A DNA stretch of 64,000 bases from a virus. Lineage: Duplodnaviria; Heunggongvirae; Uroviricota; Caudoviricetes. Below are positions 56,451 through 63,926 of this stretch, piece by piece (positions within the stretch are counted from its first letter, which is position 1; each line of letters starts with the position of its first letter). The notes beneath the pieces are model-generated. The model worked only from the letters and a program-made list of their open reading frames with translations, was not told the DNA's origin and searched no databases. Position numbers and translations under genes: made by a program. The stretch lies in IMG/VR virus record IMGVR_UViG_3300033070_001565; one strand, given 5' to 3'.

Positions 56451-56609
56451 TTACATCACAAGTTTCGTGAGTCTGTTGTTAGTTCTGAGGCATAGGAAGT
56501 ATCGCACGCCGCTAATGTTAACACAAGATAGAACGATTGCGCTGTAAGAAATCTCAGCATGATAGTCGATTTCAATGATTTTGCCGGGCTCCATCACTAC
56601 ACGCTCCAT
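56451..56609 (-). CDS. microgene array member (52 aa, below the ORF-track cutoff)
   Basis: My translation gives MERVVMEPGKIIEIDYHAEISYSAIVLSCVNISGVRYFLCLRTNNRLTKLVM*. The upstream 13-nt junction is ATGGAGCGTGTAG. Confidence 0.45.
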   Translation of the reverse strand: MERVVMEPGKIIEIDYHAEISYSAIVLSCVNISGVRYFLCLRTNNRLTKLVM

Positions 56610-56794
56610 GTACACATTTTTGTATACTCTCGTTGCAAATCAAGAATGACCCCGCGGGCTGAAACTTTAAAACAACGTTTCCATGATCTTGGAGATCTGT
56701 AATCATTCACAGATATGATGACGTCAACATACGAACGTTTCTGTTCCTTCGAGAATGTTGACACCAGAATTCCCTGCACTGTCAGAGCTTCCAT
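56597..56794 (-). CDS. microgene array member
   Basis: MEALTVQGILVS...YVDVIISV...CTWSV*. Confidence 0.45.
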   Translation of the reverse strand: MEALTVQGILVSTFSKEQKRSYVDVIISVNDYRSPRSWKRCFKVSARGVILDLQREYTKMCTWSV

Positions 56795-57000
56795 TCTGCT
56801 GTTATCCCAAAGGGAAGTTTGAATTCGTAGGCGCTCAGAGCAATCGCTCTCTTTTGCATTCCGTGGTACGAAATATACTTGTAGTATCTGAATCGCTCGT
56901 CTGAGTCAGCTGACAAAACGATTGACAGTGAGAGAAAATTGTCATGTTCCTCTCGTGCAAAAGACACGATCGAACCCGGGTTACTCAAGCAGGAATCCAC
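56782..57000 (-). CDS. microgene array member
   Basis: MDSCLSNPGSIVSF...LSLSIVLSA...AEWKL*. Confidence 0.5.
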   Translation of the reverse strand: MDSCLSNPGSIVSFAREEHDNFLSLSIVLSADSDERFRYYKYISYHGMQKRAIALSAYEFKLPFGITAEWKL

Positions 57001-57215
57001 CGTGCTTCTATCGCCGATAGTTCGAATGAGTCATGAGGAAGTTCGCTCGGCTCTGATACGCCCTCAGGAAATGCCACAGAGATAATATCAAATTTGTCGC
57101 AAAACTTTACAGACACTACAATTCGAATCTGAGCTGAATTATCATGTGGGAGCAAGTCATAGCTATAGATCATCCCAGGACAAGATAGCTTTCTTTCGAA
57201 GTTCACGGTTTCCAT
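56985..57215 (-). CDS. microgene array member
   Basis: METVNFERKLSCPGMIYSY...IRIVVSV...ARWIPA*. Confidence 0.5.
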   Translation of the reverse strand: METVNFERKLSCPGMIYSYDLLPHDNSAQIRIVVSVKFCDKFDIISVAFPEGVSEPSELPHDSFELSAIEARWIPA

Positions 57216-57418
57216 ATCACACGCTGTCCTTCTAGCGCTTCAGTACTCCATCTGGATTGACTCAGCCTATGTGGGCCCAAAAATGTGAATATCGAAACGT
57301 TCCCTCTGTATGTATCCCTATTTTTCTTGTTCTGCACGACAACGTAAATGTGTATTTGAGATGTACCTGAACAGTTCGCAGATGTGAAATTGCTTATGAA
57401 CACCGTGCCAGGATTCAT
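57203..57418 (-). CDS. microgene array member
   Basis: MNPGTVFISNF...IHIYVVVQ...RVIWKP*. Confidence 0.5.
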   Translation of the reverse strand: MNPGTVFISNFTSANCSGTSQIHIYVVVQNKKNRDTYRGNVSIFTFLGPHRLSQSRWSTEALEGQRVIWKP

Positions 57419-57624
57419 CTACGCTTCCACACAACGAGAGTTTCGTTGATATTCGGTATAACATTCAGTTCGCGTATTTCAGAGTCAGATCCAATCATAT
57501 ATGCACGGTTTTGTGCATCAACGCAGATTGACAACCATATCACCGGTGCATCTGGATAATGCGCATTCATCAGCATTCCAAACCACAACGTATTGTGTAC
57601 TTTTCCATCCATTCTGATCTCCAA
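57415..57624 (-). CDS. microgene array member (diverged, no PG)
   Basis: ...PVIWLSICV...LVVWKRR*. Confidence 0.4.
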   Translation of the reverse strand: MEIRMDGKVHNTLWFGMLMNAHYPDAPVIWLSICVDAQNRAYMIGSDSEIRELNVIPNINETLVVWKRR

Positions 57625-57767
57625 TGCTGAGATTTCGGTCTACCATCTGACTCAAGCGTTATCAATTTGTAATCGTACGAGATCAGATCAGATACTTGGA
57701 TCGATAGAATTATCGAAGGATATGTTCCGACGAATATGATCATCCCTGGACTTTGTTTGCACTCCAT
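57570..57767 (-). CDS. microgene array member (stop lost at the junction)
   Basis: MECKQSPGMIIFV...IILSIQV...HWRSEW, then reads into the next copy. Confidence 0.4.
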   Translation of the reverse strand: MECKQSPGMIIFVGTYPSIILSIQVSDLISYDYKLITLESDGRPKSQHWRSEWMEKYTIRCGLEC

Positions 57768-57913
57768 ATCAGAGATCTCTCTATTCTTGCATTTGAAATT
57801 TCGAAAGAAATCGATATTCCGCGCGTTTCGAGCATTCTGAGCTCCATGATTGTATCATTCATCACTGATTTTGCGCTGATGATGATTCCTCCGCAAGAGA
57901 GGCTTCCGATCAT
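57740..57913 (-). CDS. microgene array member
   Basis: (VEP)MIGSLSCGGIIISA...SLIWSAN. Confidence 0.45.
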   Translation of the reverse strand: MIGSLSCGGIIISAKSVMNDTIMELRMLETRGISISFEISNARIERSLIWSANKVQG

Positions 57914-58077
57914 GGGTTCCACACGCTTTTCGCTGATGCACCCTTACTCTTAAGCATCTTCTCAAATCCAATTTTGTTACGTGAAACTCCGGTCGACCAC
58001 CCTCCAGAAAGAAAAATGTTATCCGTACCGAGTCTGATTTGGAGTTTCATGAAGAAGCTCTGACTGATCATGATCAT
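57910..58077 (-). CDS. microgene array member (55 aa, missing from the ORF track)
   Basis: My translation gives MIMISQSFFMKLQIRLGTDNIFLSGGW...KSVWNP*. ATGA overlaps with both neighbours. Confidence 0.45.
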   Translation of the reverse strand: MIMISQSFFMKLQIRLGTDNIFLSGGWSTGVSRNKIGFEKMLKSKGASAKSVWNP

Positions 58078-58277
58078 TTCACCTGGCATGGTGACTCATC
58101 ATAGTATCGTATAATCTCATTTTCATGTATCTTTACGATAGAATCGTGATCAAGAATCATGCAATGCGACCCCATTCCTCCGAGGTCAATACGAGATATG
58201 ACGATCATGAGTCCGCGAGATATTGCGTTAACCCAACGTATCTGACCAGGAGCAGGCCGATTCAGTGACTTTTCCAT
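58074..58277 (-). CDS. microgene array member
   Basis: MEKSLNRPAPGQIRWV...LMIVISRI. Confidence 0.5.
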   Translation of the reverse strand: MEKSLNRPAPGQIRWVNAISRGLMIVISRIDLGGMGSHCMILDHDSIVKIHENEIIRYYDESPCQVK

Positions 58278-58430
58278 ACAGATTTCATTTGAATTTTAAT
58301 AAATTCACCTTGCACTGAGAAAATCTTTGATCCTGAGCCTATGACTGAATATTCCATTTTTGCTGCGATAGAACGAAATACATCATTGCAGAAGTTCCAA
58401 GGTAATCTTTGATGCAGATCAGATCTCCGC

Positions 58431-58637
58431 TCATTGACATTCTGAATTCCACACTTCTTCGAAGAACACGCTCATTGATAGATCAGAAAACCAGCCCAAC
58501 GACTTCCCGTTCAATACGACTTGAGTAATCGGACCATTTGAAATGTACTTTGCGATTACAATTCTGAAATCTTTTTTGTGATCGCCAGAAGCAATACTTC
58601 CGGGTGCATAGTTCACACTGTCCACACGACCTCCCAC
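58431..58637 (-). CDS. microgene array member
   Basis: MGGRVDSVNYAPGSIA...FRIVIAKY...EEVWNSECQ*. Confidence 0.5.
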   Translation of the reverse strand: MGGRVDSVNYAPGSIASGDHKKDFRIVIAKYISNGPITQVVLNGKSLGWFSDLSMSVFFEEVWNSECQ

Positions 58638-58843
58638 TTGTCCGTAACGTACGCTACTGAAATTCTCTTCTCAAATCCGTTTACCTGAAGAATTCCAACG
58701 TACGCTCGTTCGAATCTTGAGATGATAATGACAGGGTAACCGTAATCGCTTGAACTCATATCGAAGTGTGTTATGAGATCTCCCGGTTTGGGATCACTGC
58801 ACGTAGTCACTTGTCGTGCTCCAAAAAGTTTCATGTTTGGCAT
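58613..58843 (-). CDS. microgene array member
   Basis: KPGDLITHF...YPVIIISR...KWEVVWTV*. Confidence 0.45.
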   Translation of the reverse strand: MPNMKLFGARQVTTCSDPKPGDLITHFDMSSSDYGYPVIIISRFERAYVGILQVNGFEKRISVAYVTDKWEVVWTV

Positions 58844-58951
58844 CGATGAGCAACTCAGTTACAATTCTGTGAACTGTTTTCGATGTGAGTGTGTTTTCGG
58901 TCCGCATTGAGCGAGATCGAAATATAGAAAAGATTGCCAGTGTAATTCATA

Positions 58952-59176
58952 TCACCCGGGATGTGCTGAGGCTTCTTCAACTGACCACTCCAGCAGATTG
59001 TAACGAGAGTATATGGACCCTGTACCAACAGTCGTCCCTCGTACAGAGAGAATCATGTACTTGTTCTCGTATCGACCAAGTGCAATGTACAGTCTTTTAC
59101 CCACGCTGGTCTCAGTTGAGAGCACGATTCCGGGTATCACGCTGATGTATATACCGCTATTAGAATAGTCTGACAA
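58952..59176 (-). CDS. microgene array member (TTG/GTG start)
   Basis: VIPGIVLST...RLYIALG...LLEWSV. Confidence 0.4.
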   Translation of the reverse strand: MSDYSNSGIYISVIPGIVLSTETSVGKRLYIALGRYENKYMILSVRGTTVGTGSIYSRYNLLEWSVEEASAHPG

Positions 59177-59333
59177 TCTCGGCCCCCGCGCTTTTCATGT
59201 TCTCTCTCCAAGCAAAACTGTGCAAAAATATACCATTCGTATAAAGAAATTTATTTTCTCCAATGTGAATGTGAATCGTTCTGCTTGCTCTAATCTTTGT
59301 GTGCTCGAGTGTCCCAGGCTCGTCGTCTTGCAT
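59160..59333 (-). CDS. microgene array member (57 aa, missing from the ORF track)
   Basis: My translation gives MQDDEPGTLEH...TIHIHIGE...FAWREN...LF*. Confidence 0.4.
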   Translation of the reverse strand: MQDDEPGTLEHTKIRASRTIHIHIGENKFLYTNGIFLHSFAWRENMKSAGAEIVRLF

Positions 59334-59376
59334 GCTGATTCGATAAAATGTACGTTTTACTACCGTTGATTACACA

Positions 59377-59562
59377 TCATCGTGGCTGCCAAATCGCAAT
59401 TGCAGCAATTTTTTCTGTTAGCGATCGAGCGATGTGTCCGCGTTCGTGGAGACTCAGAAATGAACTGTCATTGCGCAAATACTGATTCGATAGTGCAACG
59501 TGCAAGATTCCTGATTCGAAAAATTTGAAAATCTGTCCTGGCGGGATTCTAATGGAGTCCAT
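59377..59562 (-). CDS. microgene array member
   Basis: MDSIRIPPGQIFKF...ILHVALS...AIWQPR*. Confidence 0.5.
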   Translation of the reverse strand: MDSIRIPPGQIFKFFESGILHVALSNQYLRNDSSFLSLHERGHIARSLTEKIAAIAIWQPR

Positions 59563-59744
59563 AGCGCTCCCTCACTAATCATGTAAGATTTTCTGAGATC
59601 TATTTTAGAGACGCCATCATATGAAATCAATCTCAGTGTGCTCCACTCTTTCTGCTCTGAATCTCGGCAAGATATCACCAGTCGTATTCGACAACCTGCG
59701 AATGAGAATGCGACTCCCGGTACGAATGACTTAACGGTTTCCAC
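59454..59744 (-). CDS. microgene array member with read-through (stop TGA to TTA)
   Basis: VETVKSFVPGVAFSF...IRLVISC...ALWTP-L, then an extension. Confidence 0.45.
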   Translation of the reverse strand: METVKSFVPGVAFSFAGCRIRLVISCRDSEQKEWSTLRLISYDGVSKIDLRKSYMISEGALWTPLESRQDRFSNFSNQESCTLHYRISICAMTVHF

Positions 59745-59944
59745 TGCACTCCTGCACCCGCGGCCGGCGCGTAATCGAACCCAATCCCGATGTCTTCGAT
59801 TCTGAATACAGACACAGAGAAAACACGATTCATGTTATTATTCTCGTCTCTGATGACCGCAAGAATCGCGTAAAGAGTACCGTGTTTTCTGAATGTGAAG
59901 ACTCCTCCTGGGACGAGATCAGCTTTCACTATTTGCATCTCCAC
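59675..59944 (-). CDS. microgene array member with read-through
   Basis: (VE)MQIVKADLVPGGVFTF...LYAILAV...VQWKP-L, then an extension. Confidence 0.45.
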   Translation of the reverse strand: MEMQIVKADLVPGGVFTFRKHGTLYAILAVIRDENNNMNRVFSVSVFRIEDIGIGFDYAPAAGAGVQWKPLSHSYRESHSHSQVVEYDW

Positions 59945-60180
59945 AAGAGATTTTCATTTTCATTTTCACTGTCATTGTCAGTAGAATCGTGTTTTACGTG
60001 CCATATCTTCATGCCAGTATACGAGATCATTGTCTTTTTGAGGAGATCATCCCACCGATCATGTACACGTACTGCTATTGATACGAATAGCGAGTCTCCG
60101 AGAGACACGATATCGCCTGGAATATGACGTACGTTAACGGAATCCAAGATATCTCTCCACTGTCTGAGAGTCGTCTCCAC
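59929..60180 (-). CDS. microgene array member (TTG start at the junction; N-terminally fused frame)
   Basis: ...LDSVNVRHIPGDIVSL...VSIAVRV...LLWRCK*. Confidence 0.4.
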   Translation of the reverse strand: METTLRQWRDILDSVNVRHIPGDIVSLGDSLFVSIAVRVHDRWDDLLKKTMISYTGMKIWHVKHDSTDNDSENENENLLWRCK

Positions 60181-60359
60181 AGTTTACGTGTTATTCCGTT
60201 AGACTGCAGACGTAGTACTGAATCTATCATTCTGTTCGGATCTCTTGTCGATATCCTGCAAGGAGATAGAGTGATGTAACAGCTGGTCACTCTACAATCG
60301 TGCGTGACAAAATAAATGCCACCGTGAATTGTGTCGAATCTATCGCTCATGGTGACCAT
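60075..60359 (-). CDS. microgene array member with read-through
   Basis: MVTMSDRFDTIHGGIYFV...EISWIP-L, then an extension. Confidence 0.45.
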   Translation of the reverse strand: MVTMSDRFDTIHGGIYFVTHDCRVTSCYITLSPCRISTRDPNRMIDSVLRLQSNGITRKLWRRLSDSGEISWIPLTYVIFQAISCLSETRYSYQ

Positions 60360-60538
60360 GAAACGTCATCATCGCAGATCATTCCCTCTTTTCCTTCGTA
60401 AACGCTACGATTGCTAATTCTCACGAAATTTTGCTCTCCACGTTGCGCTACGAGAATGTGTGCAGAGAACACGACGTCTCCGGCCAGCAAGAACCGAATT
60501 GTGCCAGATACTCTCTTGTGGTGCTTCAAGGTTTCCAT
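60347..60538 (-). CDS. microgene array member
   Basis: METLKHHKRVSGTIRF...VSWSP*. The junction ATGGAAACCTTGA was verified. Confidence 0.55.
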   Translation of the reverse strand: METLKHHKRVSGTIRFLLAGDVVFSAHILVAQRGEQNFVRISNRSVYEGKEGMICDDDVSWSP

Positions 60539-60717
60539 ATTGCTTGCGGTACTCTATTCGTCGTTATGCGTTTCTTGATACCACAGCTGTACAGCACGAG
60601 TACGATGTTGTTGCTCGCCAGCCCTGTGAACGCATCCAGAGATCTTCCGATAGATATCGAACACACTCCGTTTGCGTTTTCAAAAAGACACCCTGGAATC
60701 TTGTTAACGAGTTCCAT
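60526..60717 (-). CDS. microgene array member
   Basis: MELVNKIPGCLF...VCSISIG...AIWKP*. Confidence 0.55.
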   Translation of the reverse strand: MELVNKIPGCLFENANGVCSISIGRSLDAFTGLASNNIVLVLYSCGIKKRITTNRVPQAIWKP

Positions 60718-60902
60718 TTGTAGCGACTGATGTGCAATTTCTTTTGCATCTCTCTATCGTAGAACCCATGTACTGTACCGAAGCTCCACAATCTCATGCA
60801 ATGCGTGTACCCTTCCTCGATTCCACCAGATAGAAAAAGTACAACATATGGGTGATTCTCCCAAGTTACGAGTTCTCCAGGAGTAAGATCTGCGGATTCC
60901 AC
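60564..60902 (-). CDS. microgene array member with read-through
   Basis: MESADLTPGELVTW...YVVLFLSG...RYKWNS-L, then an extension. Confidence 0.45.
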   Translation of the reverse strand: MESADLTPGELVTWENHPYVVLFLSGGIEEGYTHCMRLWSFGTVHGFYDREMQKKLHISRYKWNSLTRFQGVFLKTQTECVRYLSEDLWMRSQGWRATTSYSCCTAVVSRNA

Positions 60903-61093
60903 ACGATATCCTTTTGCATCTCGTGATACACATAAGACTTTCGAACTCTAAGTTGCTCGCCAAGCCTAAAATGAGAGCCGACATACAGTGATTGTAGGTG
61001 ACCGTGACCGAATACGATGTAAAGCGCAGTTGATCGATCGTTTCTTCGGCCATAACTGTAAATGCTTCCTGATATCATCGTTACTGACTCCAT
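60866..61093 (-). CDS. microgene array member with read-through
   Basis: MESVTMISGSIYSY...ALYIVFG...IVWNP, then an extension. Confidence 0.45.
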   Translation of the reverse strand: MESVTMISGSIYSYGRRNDRSTALYIVFGHGHLQSLYVGSHFRLGEQLRVRKSYVYHEMQKDIVWNPQILLLENS

Positions 61094-61269
61094 TTGATGA
61101 AATTCTTCTCTTCAGACGCCCATATCATGTACAGATGCGCAGCTCTCGAATTTAGTGTGAGAGATGGTTTGCCCGATGAGACTCTCGAGATGATAACGTA
61201 AGGGTACGTTGAGCAATCAACAGTGAAGCCAGCGTGAGAAATCAAGCAACCAGGAGTAATGATCTCCAT
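61081..61269 (-). CDS. microgene array member
   Basis: MEIITPGCLISH...YVIISRV...IKWSQ*. Confidence 0.5.
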   Translation of the reverse strand: MEIITPGCLISHAGFTVDCSTYPYVIISRVSSGKPSLTLNSRAAHLYMIWASEEKNFIKWSQ

Positions 61270-61311
61270 TCGTTCTAATATCATCATACAAAATTTGTGA
61301 AATCTATACAA

Positions 61312-61494
61312 TCACGCGTGTGTCCATATCATTCCATCTTTGCTAGCCCATCTGAGACCACATACACCACTTTTCGTTAGTTGACGAACTGTCTGAGTGA
61401 ACTTTCCATATGAAACGAAGATCGGAATGTACACGAAGCAAGATCCGTTAAACTTTTTAACTGAATGAAGACACCCTGGCGTAACGGTTCCCAT
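61312..61494 (-). CDS. microgene array member
   Basis: MGTVTPGCLHSV...FVYIPIFV...MIWTHA*. Confidence 0.5.
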   Translation of the reverse strand: MGTVTPGCLHSVKKFNGSCFVYIPIFVSYGKFTQTVRQLTKSGVCGLRWASKDGMIWTHA

Positions 61495-61676
61495 TCGTTC
61501 ACCGCGTCGTCATCGTCCCACACTGATTCTTCTTGTATCGTACCATCAGAGAGCGTGAACAGCGCAGATGCAATACTGAGATGCGAAGATGATATCACGA
61601 CCCTTAGCCACAGTGTTCCTCTGGGCCGGTAGCAGACACCACTCAAGATCGCTCCTACTTTCACTGTGAGCTCCAT
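61377..61676 (-). CDS. microgene array member with read-through
   Basis: MELTVKVGAILSGVCY...LRVVISS...NEWEP-L, then an extension. Confidence 0.45.
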   Translation of the reverse strand: MELTVKVGAILSGVCYRPRGTLWLRVVISSSHLSIASALFTLSDGTIQEESVWDDDDAVNEWEPLRQGVFIQLKSLTDLASCTFRSSFHMESSLRQFVN

Positions 61677-61915
61677 ATTTCATCACCGTGGATGAGAACG
61701 CATATGTGAACCCCAGTATGATCGAGTTTGTATCTCAACTGAAATCTCATCGCTTCGTACACTTCATTTTTTACGTAAGAAATACAAATCTGTACGTGAG
61801 AAGAATTTTCGCCGAGTATTGAATACATGCATCCGGGAATTATCTTTTCCATAGTCTTATGTCGTACTTCGTAACCTTTCACCCGCCCGGGCTGGTACAT
61901 AAATTTGGTACCCAC
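61661..61915 (-). CDS. microgene array member (two N-terminal modules: MGTKFMYQPG and MEKIIPGCMY)
   Basis: ...VQICISYV...EIWSSQ*. Confidence 0.45.
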   Translation of the reverse strand: MGTKFMYQPGRVKGYEVRHKTMEKIIPGCMYSILGENSSHVQICISYVKNEVYEAMRFQLRYKLDHTGVHICVLIHGDEIWSSQ

Positions 61916-62252
61916 AGGACTGGATCGTCTTTGGGATCGAATCTGATGCAGTGACGATAACCCACCGATGTGATTCGATTCTCGGATTCAAAAGCAATCT
62001 GAATCGACATACGAACAATTCCGTTTTGATCTGTTCTCGGACGGATATTTCGGAGCGTGCCAGACGTAATTGCTGTTCCCAAAGTATCCACGGTTCAATC
62101 AGCTCCCTGTCCCATGATTCGATCTCGTTTACACCACGATGAGTGAGAATGGCTGTATTTTCTTTTTGCTTCCATGAGATTGTCACATTCACCGCAGCAG
62201 AACACTCCGTGAGTTCGAACGATACAAGCATACCTGGAGTTACGGTTTCCAT
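61857..62252 (-). CDS. microgene array member with long read-through
   Basis: METVTPGMLVSF...AAVNVTIS...PWILWEQQ, then an extension. Confidence 0.45.
   Translation of the reverse strand: METVTPGMLVSFELTECSAAVNVTISWKQKENTAILTHRGVNEIESWDRELIEPWILWEQQLRLARSEISVREQIKTELFVCRFRLLLNPRIESHRWVIVTASDSIPKTIQSCGYQIYVPARAGERLRSTT
61879..62091 (-). CDS. microgene array member (GTG start)
   Basis: VDTLGTAITSGTL...IVRMSIQIA...VLWVP, then an extension. Confidence 0.4.
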   Translation of the reverse strand: MDTLGTAITSGTLRNIRPRTDQNGIVRMSIQIAFESENRITSVGYRHCIRFDPKDDPVLWVPNLCTSPGG

Positions 62253-62422
62253 GCAATGATCTTTCCGTCGATCACCACGTAAGCATCGATTGTACCGATT
62301 CTGTATTTCGAAAGAGTCGTGACATCGTTAAACTGATGAGCATGTTTCAGCACAAAGCAGAGATGTCGCTTGCCTTGAAAGCTAGAGAAACATAGGAGAC
62401 TTCCGGGTGGAACTGGATTCAT
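62240..62422 (-). CDS. microgene array member
   Basis: MNPVPPGSLLCF...HLCFVLK...IIAWKP*. Confidence 0.55.
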   Translation of the reverse strand: MNPVPPGSLLCFSSFQGKRHLCFVLKHAHQFNDVTTLSKYRIGTIDAYVVIDGKIIAWKP

Positions 62423-62610
62423 GATCCCTTTGGACAGTACAAGATACACTCTTTGTAACCTTGCGTCCACGAGTGAAAACCGACAGAGCACAGTCTTACG
62501 GATACATTTTTTACAATGCTCTTGTGCTGTACAAGTATTGTTAGCTTTGCGCATTTATCGTGCTTGATGTTGACCCTTGCGATAATCGATCCTGGCAACA
62601 CACTTTTCAT
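62419..62610 (-). CDS. microgene array member
   Basis: (ME)MKSVLPGSIIAR...KLTILVQ. The ATGA overlap was verified at 62607-62610. Confidence 0.55.
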   Translation of the reverse strand: MKSVLPGSIIARVNIKHDKCAKLTILVQHKSIVKNVSVRLCSVGFHSWTQGYKECILYCPKGS

Positions 62611-62798
62611 TTCCATATAACTTTATCTCCTTTTGCAAATGTCCACGTGAAAATTCCAACCTGTGAGATTCCCACGTACCGAAACGTATTTTCACTCTCA
62701 CGTGAGATGTACAGTTCAACGTTGCTGATATTTGCTCTCAAATTAGAATTGTTGTACAGAGATATCAGCGAGCCTGAAAGGAATGCGTTATCACTCAT
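62607..62798 (-). CDS. microgene array member
   Basis: MSDNAFLSGSLISL...VELYISR...KVIWK*. Confidence 0.5.
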   Translation of the reverse strand: MSDNAFLSGSLISLYNNSNLRANISNVELYISRESENTFRYVGISQVGIFTWTFAKGDKVIWK

Positions 62799-62961
62799 CT
62801 TGAGCACTCCAAACGATTCGATCGCTATCACTGCAAATCCATGTACGAACTTGCCCCCGCACGAAGTATTTGTAGTCTCCGAGATACAATACGGGTACTT
62901 CGTGACTCATGAACCACGGACACACGAGAGCTCCTGACGTTGGAAATTTTACGGTTTCCAC
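62791..62961 (-). CDS. microgene array member (GTG start)
   Basis: VETVKFPTSGALVC...PVLYLGD...IVWSAQDE*. Confidence 0.45.
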   Translation of the reverse strand: METVKFPTSGALVCPWFMSHEVPVLYLGDYKYFVRGQVRTWICSDSDRIVWSAQDE

Positions 62962-62966
62962 ATGAC

Positions 62967-63131
62967 TCAATCGTTCTCCCACAGTATCCATTGTTCGATT
63001 CCCTCTGACGAAATACACGTAAATTTGAAGCGCTTCCCAGCTTTAAATTCTGAGAGATATATGCAAGCTTTTGCTTGATTTTCTATATCTGTGACTGCTT
63101 CGAACAGCATACCTGGTACGCAGCCTTTCAT
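62967..63131 (-). CDS. microgene array member
   Basis: MKGCVPGMLFEAV...ACIYLSE...WILWEND*. A remnant MWKP* follows immediately. Confidence 0.4.
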   Translation of the reverse strand: MKGCVPGMLFEAVTDIENQAKACIYLSEFKAGKRFKFTCISSEGIEQWILWEND

Positions 63132-63147
63132 CTGATGAGGTGCTATT

Positions 63148-63327
63148 TTAGCCACTCTGCGACCTCCATATGGCCCGTACGGGCATCTTTGATGACCAGA
63201 TGCCAACTCCTCCGACGCTAATGCACAGTGTACCAGAACTCAACCTGGGTGTCAGAAATATGAGCAGTTTTCCATTAAAATCAGCCCATACGGCCGGTGG
63301 AGAAATGGAAAAAAGACCTCCGATCAT
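63148..63327 (-). CDS. microgene array member
   Basis: MIGGLFSISPP...LLIFLTP...AIWRSQSG*, with an ATGA junction. Confidence 0.5.
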   Translation of the reverse strand: MIGGLFSISPPAVWADFNGKLLIFLTPRLSSGTLCISVGGVGIWSSKMPVRAIWRSQSG

Positions 63328-63551
63328 GGTTTCCACAGTGCACCTCTCATTCCAATCTGTCTGTGATGCCATGTGTAGCACCCATCCCAAGAGAGTCTCA
63401 AGTCTCCTCCCTCCCATCCTGAAAGTACAATCACGAGAAAGATCTTACCTATTCTTTCTTTTACGGGAGAAGAAGAAACGAGACACCCTGGAATATCGTA
63501 AACTGAACGGTTGTTCATCTTTATCTCCCCAGAGCAGACCAAGATCTCCAA
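63324..63551 (-). CDS. microgene array member
   Basis: ...SVYDIPGCLVSS...IFLVIVLS...ALWKP*. Confidence 0.5.
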   Translation of the reverse strand: MEILVCSGEIKMNNRSVYDIPGCLVSSSPVKERIGKIFLVIVLSGWEGGDLRLSWDGCYTWHHRQIGMRGALWKP

Positions 63552-63744
63552 TTGTCCTGTTGTACCATAGCTGCATACATCTTGTATGAAGTCTCAGATC
63601 GCCAATTATCTCGCTACCTGGAATACTCTTAGGACCAAGCACAATCGCTAGCACCGGTGCTCCTTGCGATTCGCTGTACCAAGAAATAGAGATCAGATTT
63701 CCAGGAATATCATACACAGACGGTCCGATCACGTGGCTCGCCAT
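63445..63744 (-). CDS. microgene array member with read-through
   Basis: MASHVIGPSVYDIPGNLISI...VLAIVLG...LLWG, then an extension. Confidence 0.4.
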   Translation of the reverse strand: MASHVIGPSVYDIPGNLISISWYSESQGAPVLAIVLGPKSIPGSEIIGDLRLHTRCMQLWYNRTIGDLGLLWGDKDEQPFSLRYSRVSRFFFSRKRKNR

Positions 63745-63926
63745 AGTACCCTCTCCAGAACGCTTTTCCCATAGATGTATGACACACCCTTTACTGAAAT
63801 CCTGTAATGTGCGTCAGATGCCCAGATGGGAGAAGATGAGATGACAACCGAGAGCTCGATCTTCTTTCTATTGCCTATATGTTTGAACTCAAGCAGTATC
63901 ACGCTTCCAGGAGTCATGTTTCCCAT
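63729..63926 (-). CDS. microgene array member
   Basis: MGNMTPGSVILLEF...ELSVVISS...VLWRAT*. Confidence 0.5.
   Translation of the reverse strand: MGNMTPGSVILLEFKHIGNRKKIELSVVISSSPIWASDAHYRISVKGVSYIYGKSVLERVLWRAT

Noticed and set aside
52878-63589. Plus-strand ORFs within the array region (for example 52878..53117, 53159..53401, 55569..55781, 57753..57953, 58885..59145, 59882..60127, 60431..60730, 62560..62937, 63170..63589)
   Set aside because: They are antisense to the densely packed minus-strand microgene family. They lack the family motifs and lack consistent start or junction signals.
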